A stretch of 64,000 nucleotides of DNA, taken from Haliotis cracherodii (Eukaryota). Position numbers and translations under genes: made by a program. The stretch is from assembly GCF_022045235.1 (NCBI RefSeq), contig NW_027266267.1, positions 29,512,001 through 29,576,000 of the forward strand, given 5' to 3'. Shown one piece after another: positions 12,032-26,022 of this stretch. The notes beneath the pieces are model-generated. The model made no database searches, was not told the DNA's origin, and saw only the letters and a program-made list of their open reading frames with translations. Each line of letters begins with the position of its first letter. Within the stretch, counting starts at the first letter, position 1.

Positions 12032-12500
12032 CAGTGTTAGGCTTGTCTTGCAGCTTAACCTGTCATGTCGGGTTGAAAATTTATGAAAAATGTTACTTGA
12101 CCAAGGACAAGTATGACCAACATTCTTACTTGCCCTATTTTAAAATGTACTTGCCCAAAATCAAGCTAATAAATTCAGTAAAATGTTAGTGTACATCTGA
12201 TGTATTGTGACTTTTCAAATATTCAATTCTGAAATTTGAACATCCAACTTTGAAAGTTTGTATTCGATTGCAAGCTTGTATGTTTGGGGACTTGGAACAG
12301 ATGGTGCAGTTCATGACTTTGGCCGTGTCTTTCCACTCAGCGATGAATGTTCGTTTTCGTTTACATTCGTCATACTTCTTATTCTTGGCCGAAATAGATT
12401 CATTTGAATTTTCAGAATTCCCCTCCGCCTTCCTTTTAAGTTTGTCCCCACCGCTGAAAAAAATTAAATAGACCGCTAGCTGTGACATGATCTGACATTT
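12032..12500 (-). mobile_element. hAT-type DNA transposon relic with TTF-type zinc-finger fragment
   Basis: ORF 12186-12488 reads KRKRTFIAEWK..MNCTIC..FKVGCSNFRIEYLKSHNTSDVH, the pattern of ZNF862/ZMYM-like hAT transposase N-termini. Flank begins CAGTGTTAGG with repeated ACTTGCCC subterminal motifs; similar motifs recur near 13500-13550. Confidence 0.65.
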
Positions 12501-13887
12501 GCGGTACTGGCAATGGAGATTGTTATTGTTGATATCCCTGACGAGGCAAAGGGAGGCTACTCTATCACTAGCTTACTCATTTGAAACAAAAGACTACAGG
12601 TTTACTTACAGTGATACCTCGCTATTGCGCTCTTCAATATCGCGATAACTCAGTTATTGCCGGCTTTAACACATGGCTCCAAAAATTTATATTCACGTTC
12701 AGTAAACTTAAGTCACTGACATGATGTCTTTTCCCCATCGCAAAAAAAATATTACAAGCTGATCACTGCGAGCACGCAACACCGGAAATACCAATCACAA
12801 ATCCGCAATAAAGTCCTCAATTTAATCCTATTATTACACATCTGGTTATAAAAACATGTTCGTTGTACACCTTTACATATGTTTGTAGCATATTTTATTA
12901 ATTTTATTCAAAATTTCGTTAAATATATTTTATATTAATTTTGGCGAAATCGTGTGTAAAAGGATCGGTAGATTGCACAACTCGCCGTTATTTACAGCAA
13001 CCACGGTCAGGTTATCGCTATTGACGCCTTGAAACGAACTTTAGTTGGCAGGAAATAGATATATAGATCTATATTATAAATGCCTTGCTTTGACTCGTTA
13101 AAAGTCACATTTGTCGTAGTTCGACTGTTTTATGTCAACAGTCTACGTGACCAAGAGCGTGTGAGCCTCGACGGTCAAAAAAATAAATTTCATCAAAGCT
13201 AGGCCTAACGAAGCGTCTATTGTCGGAAATCGTTTCTACCTCGCATTACAAAATCCAAGTAAAGTAGTCAACTGTCTGTTATTCCATTTTCCAAGAAGCA
13301 TGTGCCATATATGGAAGTGTTACTACGATTTAACAATGAAACAAGTCTGGTTCTCGTTGTTGACCTGCCTGACATCGAAGTGTATAAATACCATTGGTTG
13401 ACTGGTGTAGCTGTATGCAAATTAGACTGCCAGTCTGGGATACTAGCAAAATATTAGCCAATCAAATATTGTAACATGATCACATGATTACATTCACGTG
13501 AAACTTGACCCAGTTCATTTTGTAAGCATGCTCCACTTGTCCACGGGCATACTAGGAAACGTATATTAAACTCCCGATATATAAACCTTGCTTGGCACGG
13601 GCGTCGGGCAATGGTATTTTTCAACCTCTGCATGTACACAGTTGCATTAGGCATATATGCTGGAATAACACTGAAAAAACAGTTTATCAAGTTTTCATTT
13701 CTGTGGGTCAGCAGAATCTGGAAACCAAATAAAGAAAAAAACCTTGCTTGGCTAGACCTAGATTTTGAGCCAGGGGCAGACTTGATATCTGCATGGCGCA
13801 GTCAGGGATGTATACAACTGTAATTTGTTGGGAAACAGGACTCATGAAACAATCTAACATAGGCAACGTGTACACATGAAGACAATC

Positions 13888-14165
13888 GGGGGCACGGGTG
13901 ACCAAGTCGTCTAAGGCCTCCCAGTTTGTTGTGCTGAGTTGTGTCCCTTGGGCACACCAGAAACCTATGATTATGGGTTTGAATCCCGGTTCGTCCTGAT
14001 TATGTTTCTAGGTTTGTCAGCACTATACCTGTACTCTTGGGTTTCACTAAAGCGTTGAACTTCAGGGACCAGCATCACTTCGGTCTTTCCTCCCACAATC
14101 AGCTGACATGTTGTGACGTATCTGGAATGTTGTTAAAAGCGGCTCTAAACCAAACTCACTCTCTC
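13888..14165 (+). mobile_element. tRNA-headed SINE (V-domain/RUDI-like tail)
   Basis: Head GGGGCACGGGTGACCAAGTCGTCTAAGG (A-box), GGGTTTGAATCCC (B-box), then TTTCCTCCCACA..AGCTGAC..GGAATGTTGTTAAAAGCGGC..AAACCAA(ACTC)n. Confidence 0.82.
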
Positions 14166-14438
14166 AATTTATTACAACTTGAGAACATTTATTTAGTAAA
14201 ACATATCCAACTTACTTTCACTTTTATCATATGCATTGAAACACACTCCTAATTAAAAGTGTTTTTTTGACAAGGCCTTATCTTGTTATATCTATTTACA
14301 CAACTTGTACACCATATCATGTGTGAGGCATATCGTAATGGTTCTCTCTGTTGAGTTTTCAGAGATAGAAATTATTTTTTTATTTTCATTAGTCCGCAAA
14401 AATGATCTGATCCATAGTTGTCAACTGCCAAATGAAAA

Positions 14439-14718
14439 GGGGGCACAGGTGGCCCAGTCGTCTAAGGCACCGTGATTTGCTGTGCAGAGTTGCGTCCCTG
14501 GGGCAAGCCAGAAACCTTTGATTGTGGGTTCAAATCCCGGTTCACCCCGATTATGTTTCTAGGTTTGTCAGCACCATACCCGTGCTCATGGGTTTCATCG
14601 AAGTGGTAAACGTCTGAGACCTTCATCACTTTGGGCTTTCCTCCCACATTAAGCTGACACGCCATGATATAACTGGAATACGGTTAAAAGCGGCATTAAA
14701 CCCAACTCACTCACTCAC
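14439..14718 (+). mobile_element. tRNA-headed SINE, second full-length copy
   Basis: Same layout as 13888-14165; approximate target-site duplication CCAAATG(G)AAAA on both sides. Confidence 0.85.
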
Positions 14719-14934
14719 ACAACCCAAATGGAAAAAGTGGTAGTCCACAAGGAACGATCACTAGTCCTTCCTGAATTTGACTAGTCTGGAACTAATGGTT
14801 GATTTGGAGCTCTGCTAGGATGTAATATCACTGAATGAGGGTTATCAGCCTTTGTGTGTGGCTGCAGGGTTGAGCCTAGGGAATCAAAATTCTGGAATCT
14901 ATTTTTGTGAATTATACAACCAAATTTTGATAAT

Positions 14935-15537
14935 TATTATACCAAGATTCCGTCCGTCCGTCCTTCTGTCCGTCCGAAAACTTTGTCCGCGCAATTTCTC
15001 TTAAACTATTCAGGGGATTCATCTCAAACTTAGTACATATAATCTGTGTCATATGGAGGGGTGCAGTCAAAAGAAAAAAATTGTTTATATTAATTTTCCA
15101 TTTTTTTAATGAATTTTTCAAACCCTAACATCCGTCCGAAAACTTTGTCCCCACGATTTCTCTTAAACTATTCAGTGAATTCATCTCAAACTTAGTACAT
15201 ATAATCTGTGTCATATGGAGGGGTGCAGTCAAAAGAAAAAAACCTGTTTTTATTAATTTTCCATTTTTTAATGAATTTTTCGAACCCTAACGGCCGTCCG
15301 AAAACTTTGTCCGCGTGATTCCTCTTAAACTATTCAGTGGATTCATCTCAAACTTAGTACATATAATCTGTGTCATATGGAGGGGTGCAGTCAAAAGAAA
15401 AAAATTGTTTTTATTAATTTTCCATTTTTTTATGAATTTTTCAAACCCTAACCCTATCCTAGCTATTCAGTTTGAAAGTACTGACACACTAGGCAGGTCG
15501 GGGGTATTAGTGAGCCACGCTCACTTTTGCCCTTGTT
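14935..15537 (+). mobile_element. Helentron/HINE (DINE-1-like) non-autonomous element with internal 162-bp tandem array (x3)
   Basis: 5' TTATACC then (TCCG)n microsatellite, three 162-bp units starting 14971/15133/15295, 3' GGGGTATTA plus hairpin GTGAGC-cac-GCTCAC and T-rich end. Confidence 0.72.
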
Positions 15538-15639
15538 CTGTGAGCATTTAAGCTTAGTTTTCGTGAATTTCATAGTTTCGCATCTATTTGACACCTCACT
15601 TCACTTCAATAAATGTCCTTCTACTCGTTAAAAACAGCT

Positions 15640-15820
15640 TTTTATTCACGTGTTAAAATCATGCAGTGTATTTGACGAACTCTGTGGCAGAGAAATGCAA
15701 AATTCTTCACAAGTTCTGCTAAAAGATAGATTTTCTGCAAGATAGGCATATTTCTTCTCTGACTGGTCATTTCAACAAAATATTCTGTGACCACGGAATC
15801 ACGGAATACGGCGAGAACTG
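15640..15820 (-). mobile_element. Partial MITE, same family as 52853-53263
   Basis: Reverse complement begins CAGTTCTCGCCGTATTCCGTGATTCCGTGGTCACAGAATATTTTG, matching the left end at 52853. Confidence 0.55.
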
Positions 15821-16129
15821 ATATAATGCTGATGATGCTCCTTCAAAAGTCTGTAATAAATGTTCACACAGTGTTAAATATTAAGAATGAAGGGCAAGGG
15901 GACCTTTGCCCTAATGATTAAAAGTTTAATATTTAGGAGATTCACCAGAGTCACCAGAGTCACCAGATTCAAATACAGGAGTGAACCTCAAGAACCCCAG
16001 GACCCCTTAAGTATATTCTATTCAAGATCCCACTATCAGTAAAATTGCTTGCAATAAACCGTTTTATTTCTTCTCACTTTTTTTCCAAAACCAACCACAG
16101 TTCTTTTGACTTGTGATGATCTGTTGCAG

Positions 16130-16194
16130 AGCCCCATGTTCTGCTGTTCCGACGACCTCTGCCTGCAAGTCAGCAGCATGTGAATCATGGGTGA
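16130..16194 (+). CDS. CKS1: CKS coding exon 3
   Basis: ctgttgcag|(E)PHVLLFRRPLPASQQHVNHG*; completes the HxPEPH hinge. Total CDS 252 nt = 83 aa. Probably co-orthologous to vertebrate CKS1B and CKS2. Confidence 0.96.
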
Positions 16195-16526
16195 AATAGA
16201 CACACCCCCACCCACCCCACCCGCTCTCAGACTGTGGTTGTGACATTTCTGCATAGAGATCCCAGTGACTCAGTCCAAGGCACTGACCAGATGGACCAAC
16301 GTGTATCACAGTGCCATACGTGTTCACAGGCTTGTGGGAACCATCAACCAGCTTTTGTTACATTAATATAATGGAGATTTTATCAACTTTTGTTTGTCTA
16401 TATATCATCAATGTAAATACATGTTCAGTTGCTATTGTGAATGGCTGCTTAATTCCTACAACAATCTCATTAACGTCAGATCTTTCACTCTGATTTGATA
16501 GCCCTCTCCATAAAGATCTGACGAAC

Positions 16527-17036
16527 ACTGCATAGCAGGTGTTATCAGGTCACTGCATGGCAGGTGTTATCAGGTCACTGCATGGCAGGTGTTATCAGGT
16601 CATATCAGGTCACTGCATGGCAGGTGTTATCAGGTCACTGCATGGCAGGTGTTATCAGGTCACTGCATGGCAGGTGTCATCAGGTCACTGCATGGCAGGT
16701 GTCATCAGGTCACTGCATGGCAGGTGTCATCAGGTCACTGCATGGCAGGTGTCATCAGGTCACTGCATGGCAGGTGTCATCAGGTCACTGCATGGCAGGT
16801 GTCATCAGGTCACTGCATGGCAGGTGTTATCAGGTCACGGCATGGCAGGTGTTATCAGGTCACGGCATGGCAGGTGTTATCAGGTCACTGCATGGCAGGT
16901 GTTATCAGGTCACTGCATGGCAGGTGTTATCAGGTCACTGCATGGCAGGTGTCATCAGGTCACTGCATGGCAGGTGTTATCAGGTCACTGCATGGCAGGT
17001 GTTATCAGGTCACGGCATGGCAGCAGTTATCAGGTG
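16527..17036. repeat. 25-bp minisatellite, ~20 copies, downstream of the CKS stop (probable 3'UTR)
   Basis: Unit CAGGTCACTGCATGGCAGGTGTYAT. Confidence 0.97.
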
Positions 17037-17511
17037 AACTTTCAGATCAGCCAATCATCGTGGAGGCCTAATTGTCCGTACAAGTCAGCATAGTATAACA
17101 AGCAACATATCTGATTTCCGTATACTGAAAAATGAACAGGCAGCTCCGAATGGGAATAATTGTGGTTGCACAATGTTGTGGATATTTTACACCCTGTCCT
17201 TTCTTACAGTCAGTGACCTCAGAATTTCCCCAGGTGTGCTTTCATTTCTCCTACAACAAACTGTAGTAAAACTGACTCCTAAAGTGATCCTCCAGTTTGA
17301 CAAAGCTGAGTTGTTTTAGAAAGCTGACATTGGAGTAGCCCAAAAGCACACAAATCCTGCACTTTCAAATTTTTCTCATTGTCAGATTCTGACAGAAAGG
17401 TATCAACTTGAGGGGTATCAAATAGGTGTAAAAGATCTGAGTTTAATTGAGATTGATTTTATCAACATGTTGCCAACACCATGGGCACTCAAGGTGAGAT
17501 TTGTTCCCCAG

Positions 17512-17669
17512 TAGGCTGTGGTTGGGCTCAGTGACTGGGTTGATGTTGTGTCGTTGTACCCTGTCAGATCTGGACATTACTTGTAATATTACAGGTTTGT
17601 CTTGGCAGTATTATCTTAAAGGTTGCCATGCTGGAATATTGCTGACTGCAGCATTAAACAACAAACAAA
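17512..17669 (+). mobile_element. Degraded retroposon family A copy
   Basis: GTGGTTGGGCTCAGTGACTGGGTTGATG...GCTGGAATATTGCTGACTGCAGCATTAAACAACAAACAAA tail. Confidence 0.6.
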
Positions 17670-20600
17670 TGATTGCAGACATGCAATTAAATTCATGTAT
17701 CTACTAATGCTGTGGCACTATATATTTAAGGTTCTAGTATTTTGCAATTCAATTTCTCTACAATTTGAGTACATCTTGAGTTGGCGACTCCACCATGGTG
17801 AAGCTGTTGCTCAAGCATGTCTCTGTGTCGCTTTATGTCTCTTGTAATCTCATATTGCTGTAGTAATTACTGTAGTACAATCCTACCCCTTGTACTCTAG
17901 TTTACTATCATTTTATTAATCTATTTAAAATCCGATCTTTTACCTCTGAGGGAGGTGTAGGTGTCTAATTTGTACAAAAGATCTGATTTTAATTTTAATT
18001 AATCCAATACAGAAGTGATAGTGTATCACCCGCATTTGTTAAGTGTCATGTATATATATATACTTAGACTTCCACGTAAGGCAATTAAAATGCATGAATT
18101 GAATGTTAAGTTGAATTCTCTCACTTTGTTTTCACTTGTAAGGCTATTATTCTGTAATATTTCAAAATCCTAAAGAATCTGAGTCCAGTATTATGATTAT
18201 GGCAAATGTTTTCATCATATGCACGGTAAGGGTTGGCCAAATTTGGTCTTACATTTCTAGCTGTAAATCTGCTTGGGGATTTTGTTCTCATTTAGAGAGA
18301 ACTACATTTTAACTCACCTGACTTAAGCCACTGGAATGATGAAACTAAAACTTCACATTCTTGTTCCCACCAATGACACCCCAATTTGTTCAAAATGTTC
18401 AAAGTCTCCAAGGCAGCCATATTGAAAAAACCCTTTATGGCCATTTCTTACAAAATTACTGAAATTTGGTACATGTTTAGTTTGTAGTGGCTCTCAGCAT
18501 ACGTAATGTGTGCTGTTTTTTGTGATGTTTTAAATTTTGACCTTGATTTGACCTTGGTACTTCAAACATACTGAAAGCTGAAACTTCCTATGGTCCTGAA
18601 ATTTGGTATGTGTGTAGTTGGTAGTGGGCTCAACACATGTGTTCCATCTTACGCTAAATCTTATTTTGATCTTGGTTTGACCTTTGCACTTTTAAAATAT
18701 GCCCTTACATTATCTCAAAATGCATTTTCTCACACTGTAACCATAACATGCTTGTTTCCACCATTGATTCACCACTGAATTTGTTCAACAGGCTCTAATC
18801 TGAATTTCAATATGGCCACCACAACAGTTATATTGGAAAAAAAGGTATTGATGGCCACTGCTCAGCAATTTCTGCCCCAAATATAATGTAATGCTCTGAA
18901 ATTATCTCAAAATGCATTTTCTCTGTAAACATCTGTGACATTGCCAGACTGCAGATCGTTCCCCTCATGGCATCATATCGTTTTCAATCAGTAAGATTTC
19001 AATGTTTCTTGTGAAACAGTTCTGTGGCATCGGAAAATTATTATCCTTGAAAGGTTTATGAGGCTCGGAGATGAAACTTGTGTATTGTAACAATGTTCTA
19101 CAATAGTACATTTATTCTTGCAGATTTAGAATCCTAGTGACTTTGTTACTTGTGTCACACTTTTGTCTTCAGTATTGATGCAGAAGGTACTTGAGTAGCA
19201 ATACTGGCACCAACTGTTCTTAAATGGCAGTCTGTTGTCATGTTAGACTGTGGACTACTTATTCAGGTGAGCTACTGTGCTACATACTACTGTTTGGACA
19301 TCTGACACAGTATATGAAACTTAGAATATGTGTAAAACTTAAATACAAATACATGAATGTAATAGATTGTTCTGGATGAAAAGCATTTTACAGTTGAACA
19401 GTGATTTTTATTTTGCCTAGCGTACATATACTAATGTGGATGTGTGTCTTATATTGATTGCATTATAGTCTGAAATGAGCTGGCTGTTCCACAATCTGTC
19501 TGTGTATCTGGTAGTTACTAGCTGGTTTAGATATCTGTACAAATATGTCTTGGCTTAAACACTCGTAGAGATAATCCTCATCTTGTGTCACCTGGATTCA
19601 GAACATCTTACGAGTATGAAGACTTCTTTGTTTTAGTAGTTGGTTCATAAAAGATTGGCCCAAAAATCAGTGTAGGTAGGGGGAATATACTTGACAAAAT
19701 ACCCTCTCTAATGAAGAACAAGATTAAACTTGGCAGAACATCGAAATGATGGTTGGACTCTAGTTTCAGCAGTTTCTGTCCTGTTGGTAGGCACAGATAT
19801 GTGCAGAGAAACATCAGGGAACATCAATCAGTGTGTCCATCAGGGTATTCATACAGGATACTCACAGGTAGTTACAGGAGGCATCAGTTTCTAAATGGAT
19901 GGTATTCGTTATGCAAACAGCTGTAACTTACATTAGTTTCATTTTCCTGGGACAACACATTTAATTGTGAATTTTGACCCATTCAAAACATTAAGGATAT
20001 CATTTCAAATTTTTCTAACTTCAATTAATATGCTGGTTTTGTGAACCAACTAATGAAAAATTAGAATGCCTAAAAATAAGACTGTCAGTTCACAGGCACT
20101 GAGAAATCTGTGACAAGCACCTGAAGGCGGATGCCACTTGGTTTCCTGTGTGTCTACGGCATCAGATTTAACCCGATACCCCATCTTTATTGGGTTGTGT
20201 ACTTTCCAAAAGAAGCAATTCAAGTGTATAGAAACCCGAGATCCTCCTCCAGTATATTTCACAAATGGGCATAATTCCACACACATAATGTCTGTAAATA
20301 CTTTGAACTAAATTTTGTTGTTCAACCAGTAAAAGTCTGTGCCAAAAATGTCAAATGTTCAAACATGTCTATGGACATCACATTCAGAAGGTTTTAGTAG
20401 CTATCTATAGGCTAAACCAGAGCTTACCAGACCGAACATGGTTTTACTAGATTTGGGCATTAGGGTAGTGGCTGAAGTCACAGTTAGTCACAATTAATGA
20501 CATCTTCCTGATTGACTAAGAAGACTGAGGAAGTATTTCCTTGTCACTATGTCTTCACGATAGGTCAGCCCAAACATTGGTTGACTTTGTATCTCTGATC

Positions 20601-23302
20601 AACAAATAAAATTAAGAAGCCATGTTAAGCAATAAGTTTTCTTTGTTCCAGGCTAAAATGGCTTTTTGATTATAAATAATTAATTATGTACAAGGTAAGC
20701 AATTTCCAAGGTAACTGTAGAGCTTTGAGTTTGATGTTATTTATTTTTATGTGACAACTATGTGTACAGCAGGGGTAGTTGTGTGTGTGACCAGTACGTA
20801 CACACCGTGTTGGACACGCCGGGTCCATAGACCACAAGAAACTCAGTTTCTTACAGTCATGTTTGTTATGTGTTACTTTTACACTGTTGTAACTGTACCT
20901 ACTGCCATTAAATGTTCACCATCCTCCCCATGTCTTGTCTCATTGTGGCAGTGCACAGATAGCAATTGAGTGAGTTGGGTTTGAACAGTGTTTCAGTTAA
21001 TCAGAGTGTCAGTCATGGACACTGATTACTGAAATACTGTTCAAAGCCACTGTCCGCTCCATGTGGGAAAAGCCTGAAGTGATTTAGTGTTAATCTAAGG
21101 GATGCAATGCAGCACTGCACAGGGAATAGCAGCGCGCCCTGAATGACTGGGCCTGCCGATGTGTGTACTTATTCCAGTACACAATGTTTTAAGTTGGTGT
21201 CAAGCTGAATGTGCTGCATGCACTTATCAGTTCAATAAGTAACTCTGATGTGAATTTGTGAACAGTAACACATGTAACTGTAGCAACACAAACGTACTGT
21301 CACTCTGCTTTTAGCACTACAATGTATCATGAACAGCCTTCAAGTCTGGTGAAGCCATGTGGGTGTGCCGGGTGGGTGTGCCATGTGGGTGTGCCGGGTG
21401 AGTGCTGTAGCGACAAGGCTGGCAGCAGGCTCTCCATCACATCTTGTAGACCCTGTCCTTTCAATCAAAGACCATAACTCAAGGACAATGTGATATTTTA
21501 TTTACATGAGAATTTTTTTGTTCCATAAAATGATATTTACACATGATCATGTACAAAACAGACATACAGTATACATAATGAGAAACTAATTTACATAACA
21601 TGAAACAGTGGAAGCATGGAAGTCATAACTGTATGTGTAGAAACAGTTACAGATGTTTAAAGATTCAAAATAAGTAGATCTCTAATTTCAAGAACCATTA
21701 CTATAGCCGAGATACAAACCATTACACTTTAGGCATAATAATTAGGCTTTGGGTCTATAATTACACTTGTCCTCAAATATTGATTTTTGAATTTTTTTCA
21801 ACAAATTATTTTCATGCATAAAATATCATGGAGAGCAAATTGTTAGTGCACCAGTCTTGTGCAGCAATCCAGAGGGAACTAATTGCATTTACACTCAAAC
21901 TAAAAACAACTCATTGTATTTCTGCAATACAGTTAGTAAATAACAGCTTGAAATAAATGTTTTCATATGTAAATGTAATTTTTAATTACCACAGATTTTT
22001 CAAATAGTGATGCTGTCACATGGGGCTATATTAGTAGCATCTATGCGTGTACAAATATTTCACGTACATCCAGGCCTAACGATAATGTCGAAGCGAAAAC
22101 CTGCGTATTGGTACTATTAACATTACTCTTTTTCGCATGAAATTACTCTTTTTTAACCCAAAGCTTCAATCTTGGTCAGCATCTCTCTGATAAGAACCCC
22201 AGCACCATAAAGCTGTCACTCTGCTTCCACTGAAACATCGCCATCTAAATTAGTTCCTTTGAACCTGATTAAAGAAAAATACTTTTCTTTTCATTTGAAA
22301 AAAAATAACCAAGAAAGGTTCTTAGACTAGTCATTAGTGTAATAATCATAAATACAATGAAAATTCTACTACTTCATATATTCGATAAATAAGCTGAATA
22401 GCAAAACACATTCTGGTAATTGAAAACCTAACTTTAAACAAAGCCTGACATAAAATTACTACAATACAAACCAATACATGATAACACAACAAATACACTG
22501 TCATTAACAATGAGAGACATTCAGTTAAACTCTTTTCTTAAATCCATGGCAACACAAATAGTATGAAGACGATCCAGTGATTTGTCATGACAAAATGGAT
22601 TTCGACAATGATTCATACACTTTAATGGCAAAAAATATATACATATGTGAGATGTTTAATTTAAAGATGTAATGACATAGCTGAATGCTGGAATGTACAA
22701 GTACATGGTTCAACCATTCTCCACTCAACACTCACTTGTCACTTGACAATGATTCACACAAATATAATTTGCAGGCAAGCAAACAAAATAATTTTGATCA
22801 GGCATATTTTATTATATTGTTTATGAGATAAGGTATTTTAGAATGTTTCCATTCTGTGATAAAATGTACAACCTACATGTCCACACACCAGACTAAAGAC
22901 AATACAAATAGGTGACAATGGATTCTCTACAGCTGTTCTCGCATTAACCAGGAAAGAAATTCATTCCTGATGCATGTTTTACTTTCTTATTGCCCATGAC
23001 AATATAATCATTTCAACCAAATACTTATTTCTGATCTCATAGCCACAAGGTGTCAGCAGACAATTATAAATCACGCACCAAAAATGTTTTTAAATAGATC
23101 ACTAAACCTTGGCACATTTATGATTATTATAAGAAAATAAAATACAGTAAGAGAACTGATCAAAGAAATCTATGTATGCAACTAAAAGATGAAAATAAAA
23201 TTATGTATGAAAGTTTGAGAAAACAATAAGCTGCAGTTTCCATGAAATATATTTACAAGTCCCATCACGTGACAAACACCGCCATACTAGTGGTACATAA
23301 TG

Positions 23303-23531
23303 TTTGTTTGTTGTTTAACGCCGCATTCAGCAATATTTCAGCTACATGACGATGGTCTGTAAATAATCGAGTCTGGACCAGTGATTGATGTCATGAGCAT
23401 CGATCCATACAATTGGAATAAGATGACAGGCATCAACCAAGTCAGTGAGTCTGACCACCCGATCCTGTTAGTCGCCTCTTACAACAAGCATGGGTTGCTG
23501 AAGACCTGTTCTACCCGTATCTTCACGGGTC
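23303..23531 (-). mobile_element. Retroposon family A, full-length copy
   Basis: (AAAC)n tail, head GACCCGTGAAG, imperfect 12-bp TSD TGGTACATAATG / TGGTACACCATG. Confidence 0.87.
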
Positions 23532-24885
23532 TGGTACACCATGAGTAAACCTCATGCACAATTTATGAAAAATATTTTTCTTCCCACGATTGTCTATGAA
23601 ATAAAAAGTAAGATTGTGTGATAAAAATACAAGCCTGACGACATCATCAAACACCGACAATGCGCTGTTATTTAATATACTTAGGTCAACACTTGTTGCT
23701 ATGACAACACAATCACCAGCATTCAAATGTGTCACCAGAAATCAGTGTTTACAATACAATGTTCTGTGCAAATAAAAAGAAGCATCAAGCTGAAGCAGTT
23801 AAGTATTCAATCTGTCCACCTTCACTGACATGTCCTCCACAAGGAGGAACACAGGAGGACATTATACAACACACTAGCAACACTTCTAGAAAAGTCCCCA
23901 CATCCCGATGCTATCATCATTTCTGGAATAAACTATTTCTTGTTCAACTTAAACATAACTTGATCAGGAAAATATAGTCTGAATTTTTTATTCTTAATGA
24001 AAAGTAACTGAAATCATGTGTACATATAAATCTATTCTATTCTCCATATTAAGCGCCCACGACCAGCTTCTAGACCAATCTGTAAAAAGTAATCTTAAGC
24101 GCCCCCAAATGATGATCTACATTTTCTTTTGTATATTACACATTGTTTTAACAGAAACAGAAGCAGTAGCAGGGGTATATCACTGGGTCGTAACTATTAA
24201 TATCACAATCTATTTTGTTTCTCCAACAACTAGGATATTTACAGTGTAACCCAACCTTGTCAGCACTCAATACAATTTGATTGCCACACATTTCAAGGTG
24301 AATGTACAACCAACAGTCACAAAGAATGCCATCAGTGTAGTGGTGTGAGGTCCGGCCCCGCTCCTTGCATGACTACCACACTGTAGGTGTCACCGTAGTC
24401 TACCTCGTGCATGTATTGGTCAGCGCCATCCTATGTGTCCATATCACAGAGGTGAGCGTGGAGTGCCAATCAACTCTAGCTACATTGGCCATGAAAGCGA
24501 CATACTCACACAATTATGTGACAATTCAAAGCCCTGAACCAAGGCTTGCTCTTGTCTCTTCAGACGGAATCGTCCAACCTCAGCACGGCACCACGGTGTG
24601 GCTATACATATCATGATACTTGAGCTGCAATACTCTTTTCGCACTGTTTTAGCTTGAAATTGGTCATGTTCAATGTGACCCTCCCTGTTAAAGACATTGT
24701 TGCTATCAAGCAGTTTGTGTTTTACTTGCAGGACCAGTTAACTTAGTTTGTTCTGATTTATGCACTGAAGATTTCGCACCTTGTTTCATGATAAGTGGTA
24801 ACATAACAAAGGCCACACACATATTGGCGGGTCTTCAGAGCTTATTCCTTACTGAGACAAACACAGACTACTACGCAGTAAGTGA

Positions 24886-26022
24886 ACACCAGTATCTATA
24901 GTACACCAGTATCTATAGTACACCAGTATCTATAGTACACCAGTATCCATAGTACACCAGTATCGATAGTACACCAGTATCTATAGTACACCAGTATCTA
25001 TAGTACCCCAGTATATATAGTACACCAGTATCCATAGTACACCAGTATCCATAGTACCCCAGTATCTATAGTACACCAGTATCTATAGTACACCAGTATC
25101 CATAGTACACCAGTATCCATAGTACACCAGTATCCATAGTACCCCAGTATCTATAGTACACCAGTATCCATAGTACACCAGTATCTATAGTACACCAGTA
25201 TCTATAGTACACCAGTATCTATAGTACTCCAGTATCTAAAGTACACCAGTATCTATAGTACACCAGTATCTATAGTACACCAGTATCTATAGTACACCAG
25301 TATCTATAGTACTCCAGTATCTATAGTACTCCAGTATCTATAGTACACCAGTATCTATAGTACACCAGTATCTATAGTACACCAGTATCTATAGTACACC
25401 AGTATCTATAGTACACCAGTATCCATAGTACTCCAGTATCCATAGTACTCCAGTATCTATATTACACCAGTATCTATATTACACCAGTATCTATAGTGCC
25501 CCAGTATCTATAGTACACCAGTATCTATAGTACCCCAGTATCTATAGTACACCAGTATCTATAGTACACCAGTATCTATAGTACCCCAGTATCTATAGTA
25601 CACCAGTATCCATAGTACTCCAGTATCCATATTACACCAGTATCCATAGTACCCCAGTATCTATAGTACACCAGTATCTATAGTACACCAGTATCTATAG
25701 TACACCAGTATCTATAGTACACCAGTATCTATAGTACACCAGTATCTATAGTACCCCAGTATCTATAGTACCCCAGTATCTATAGTACACCAGTATCTAT
25801 AGTACCCCAGTATCTATAGTACCCCAGTATCTATAGTACACCAGTATCTATAGTACCCCAGTATCTATAGTACACCAGTATCTATAGTACACCAGTATCT
25901 ATAGTACCCCAGTATCTATAGTACCCCAGTATCTATAGTACCCCAGTATCCATAGTACACCAGTATCTATAGTACCCCAGTATCTATAGTACTCCAGTAT
26001 CTATAGTACACCAGTATCTATA
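24886..26022. repeat. 17-bp minisatellite, ~67 copies
   Basis: Unit GTACACCAGTATCTATA. Confidence 0.98.

Noticed and set aside
13888-14000. tRNA gene
   Set aside because: A/B boxes belong to a SINE head; no intact cloverleaf, and it continues into a SINE body and tail.
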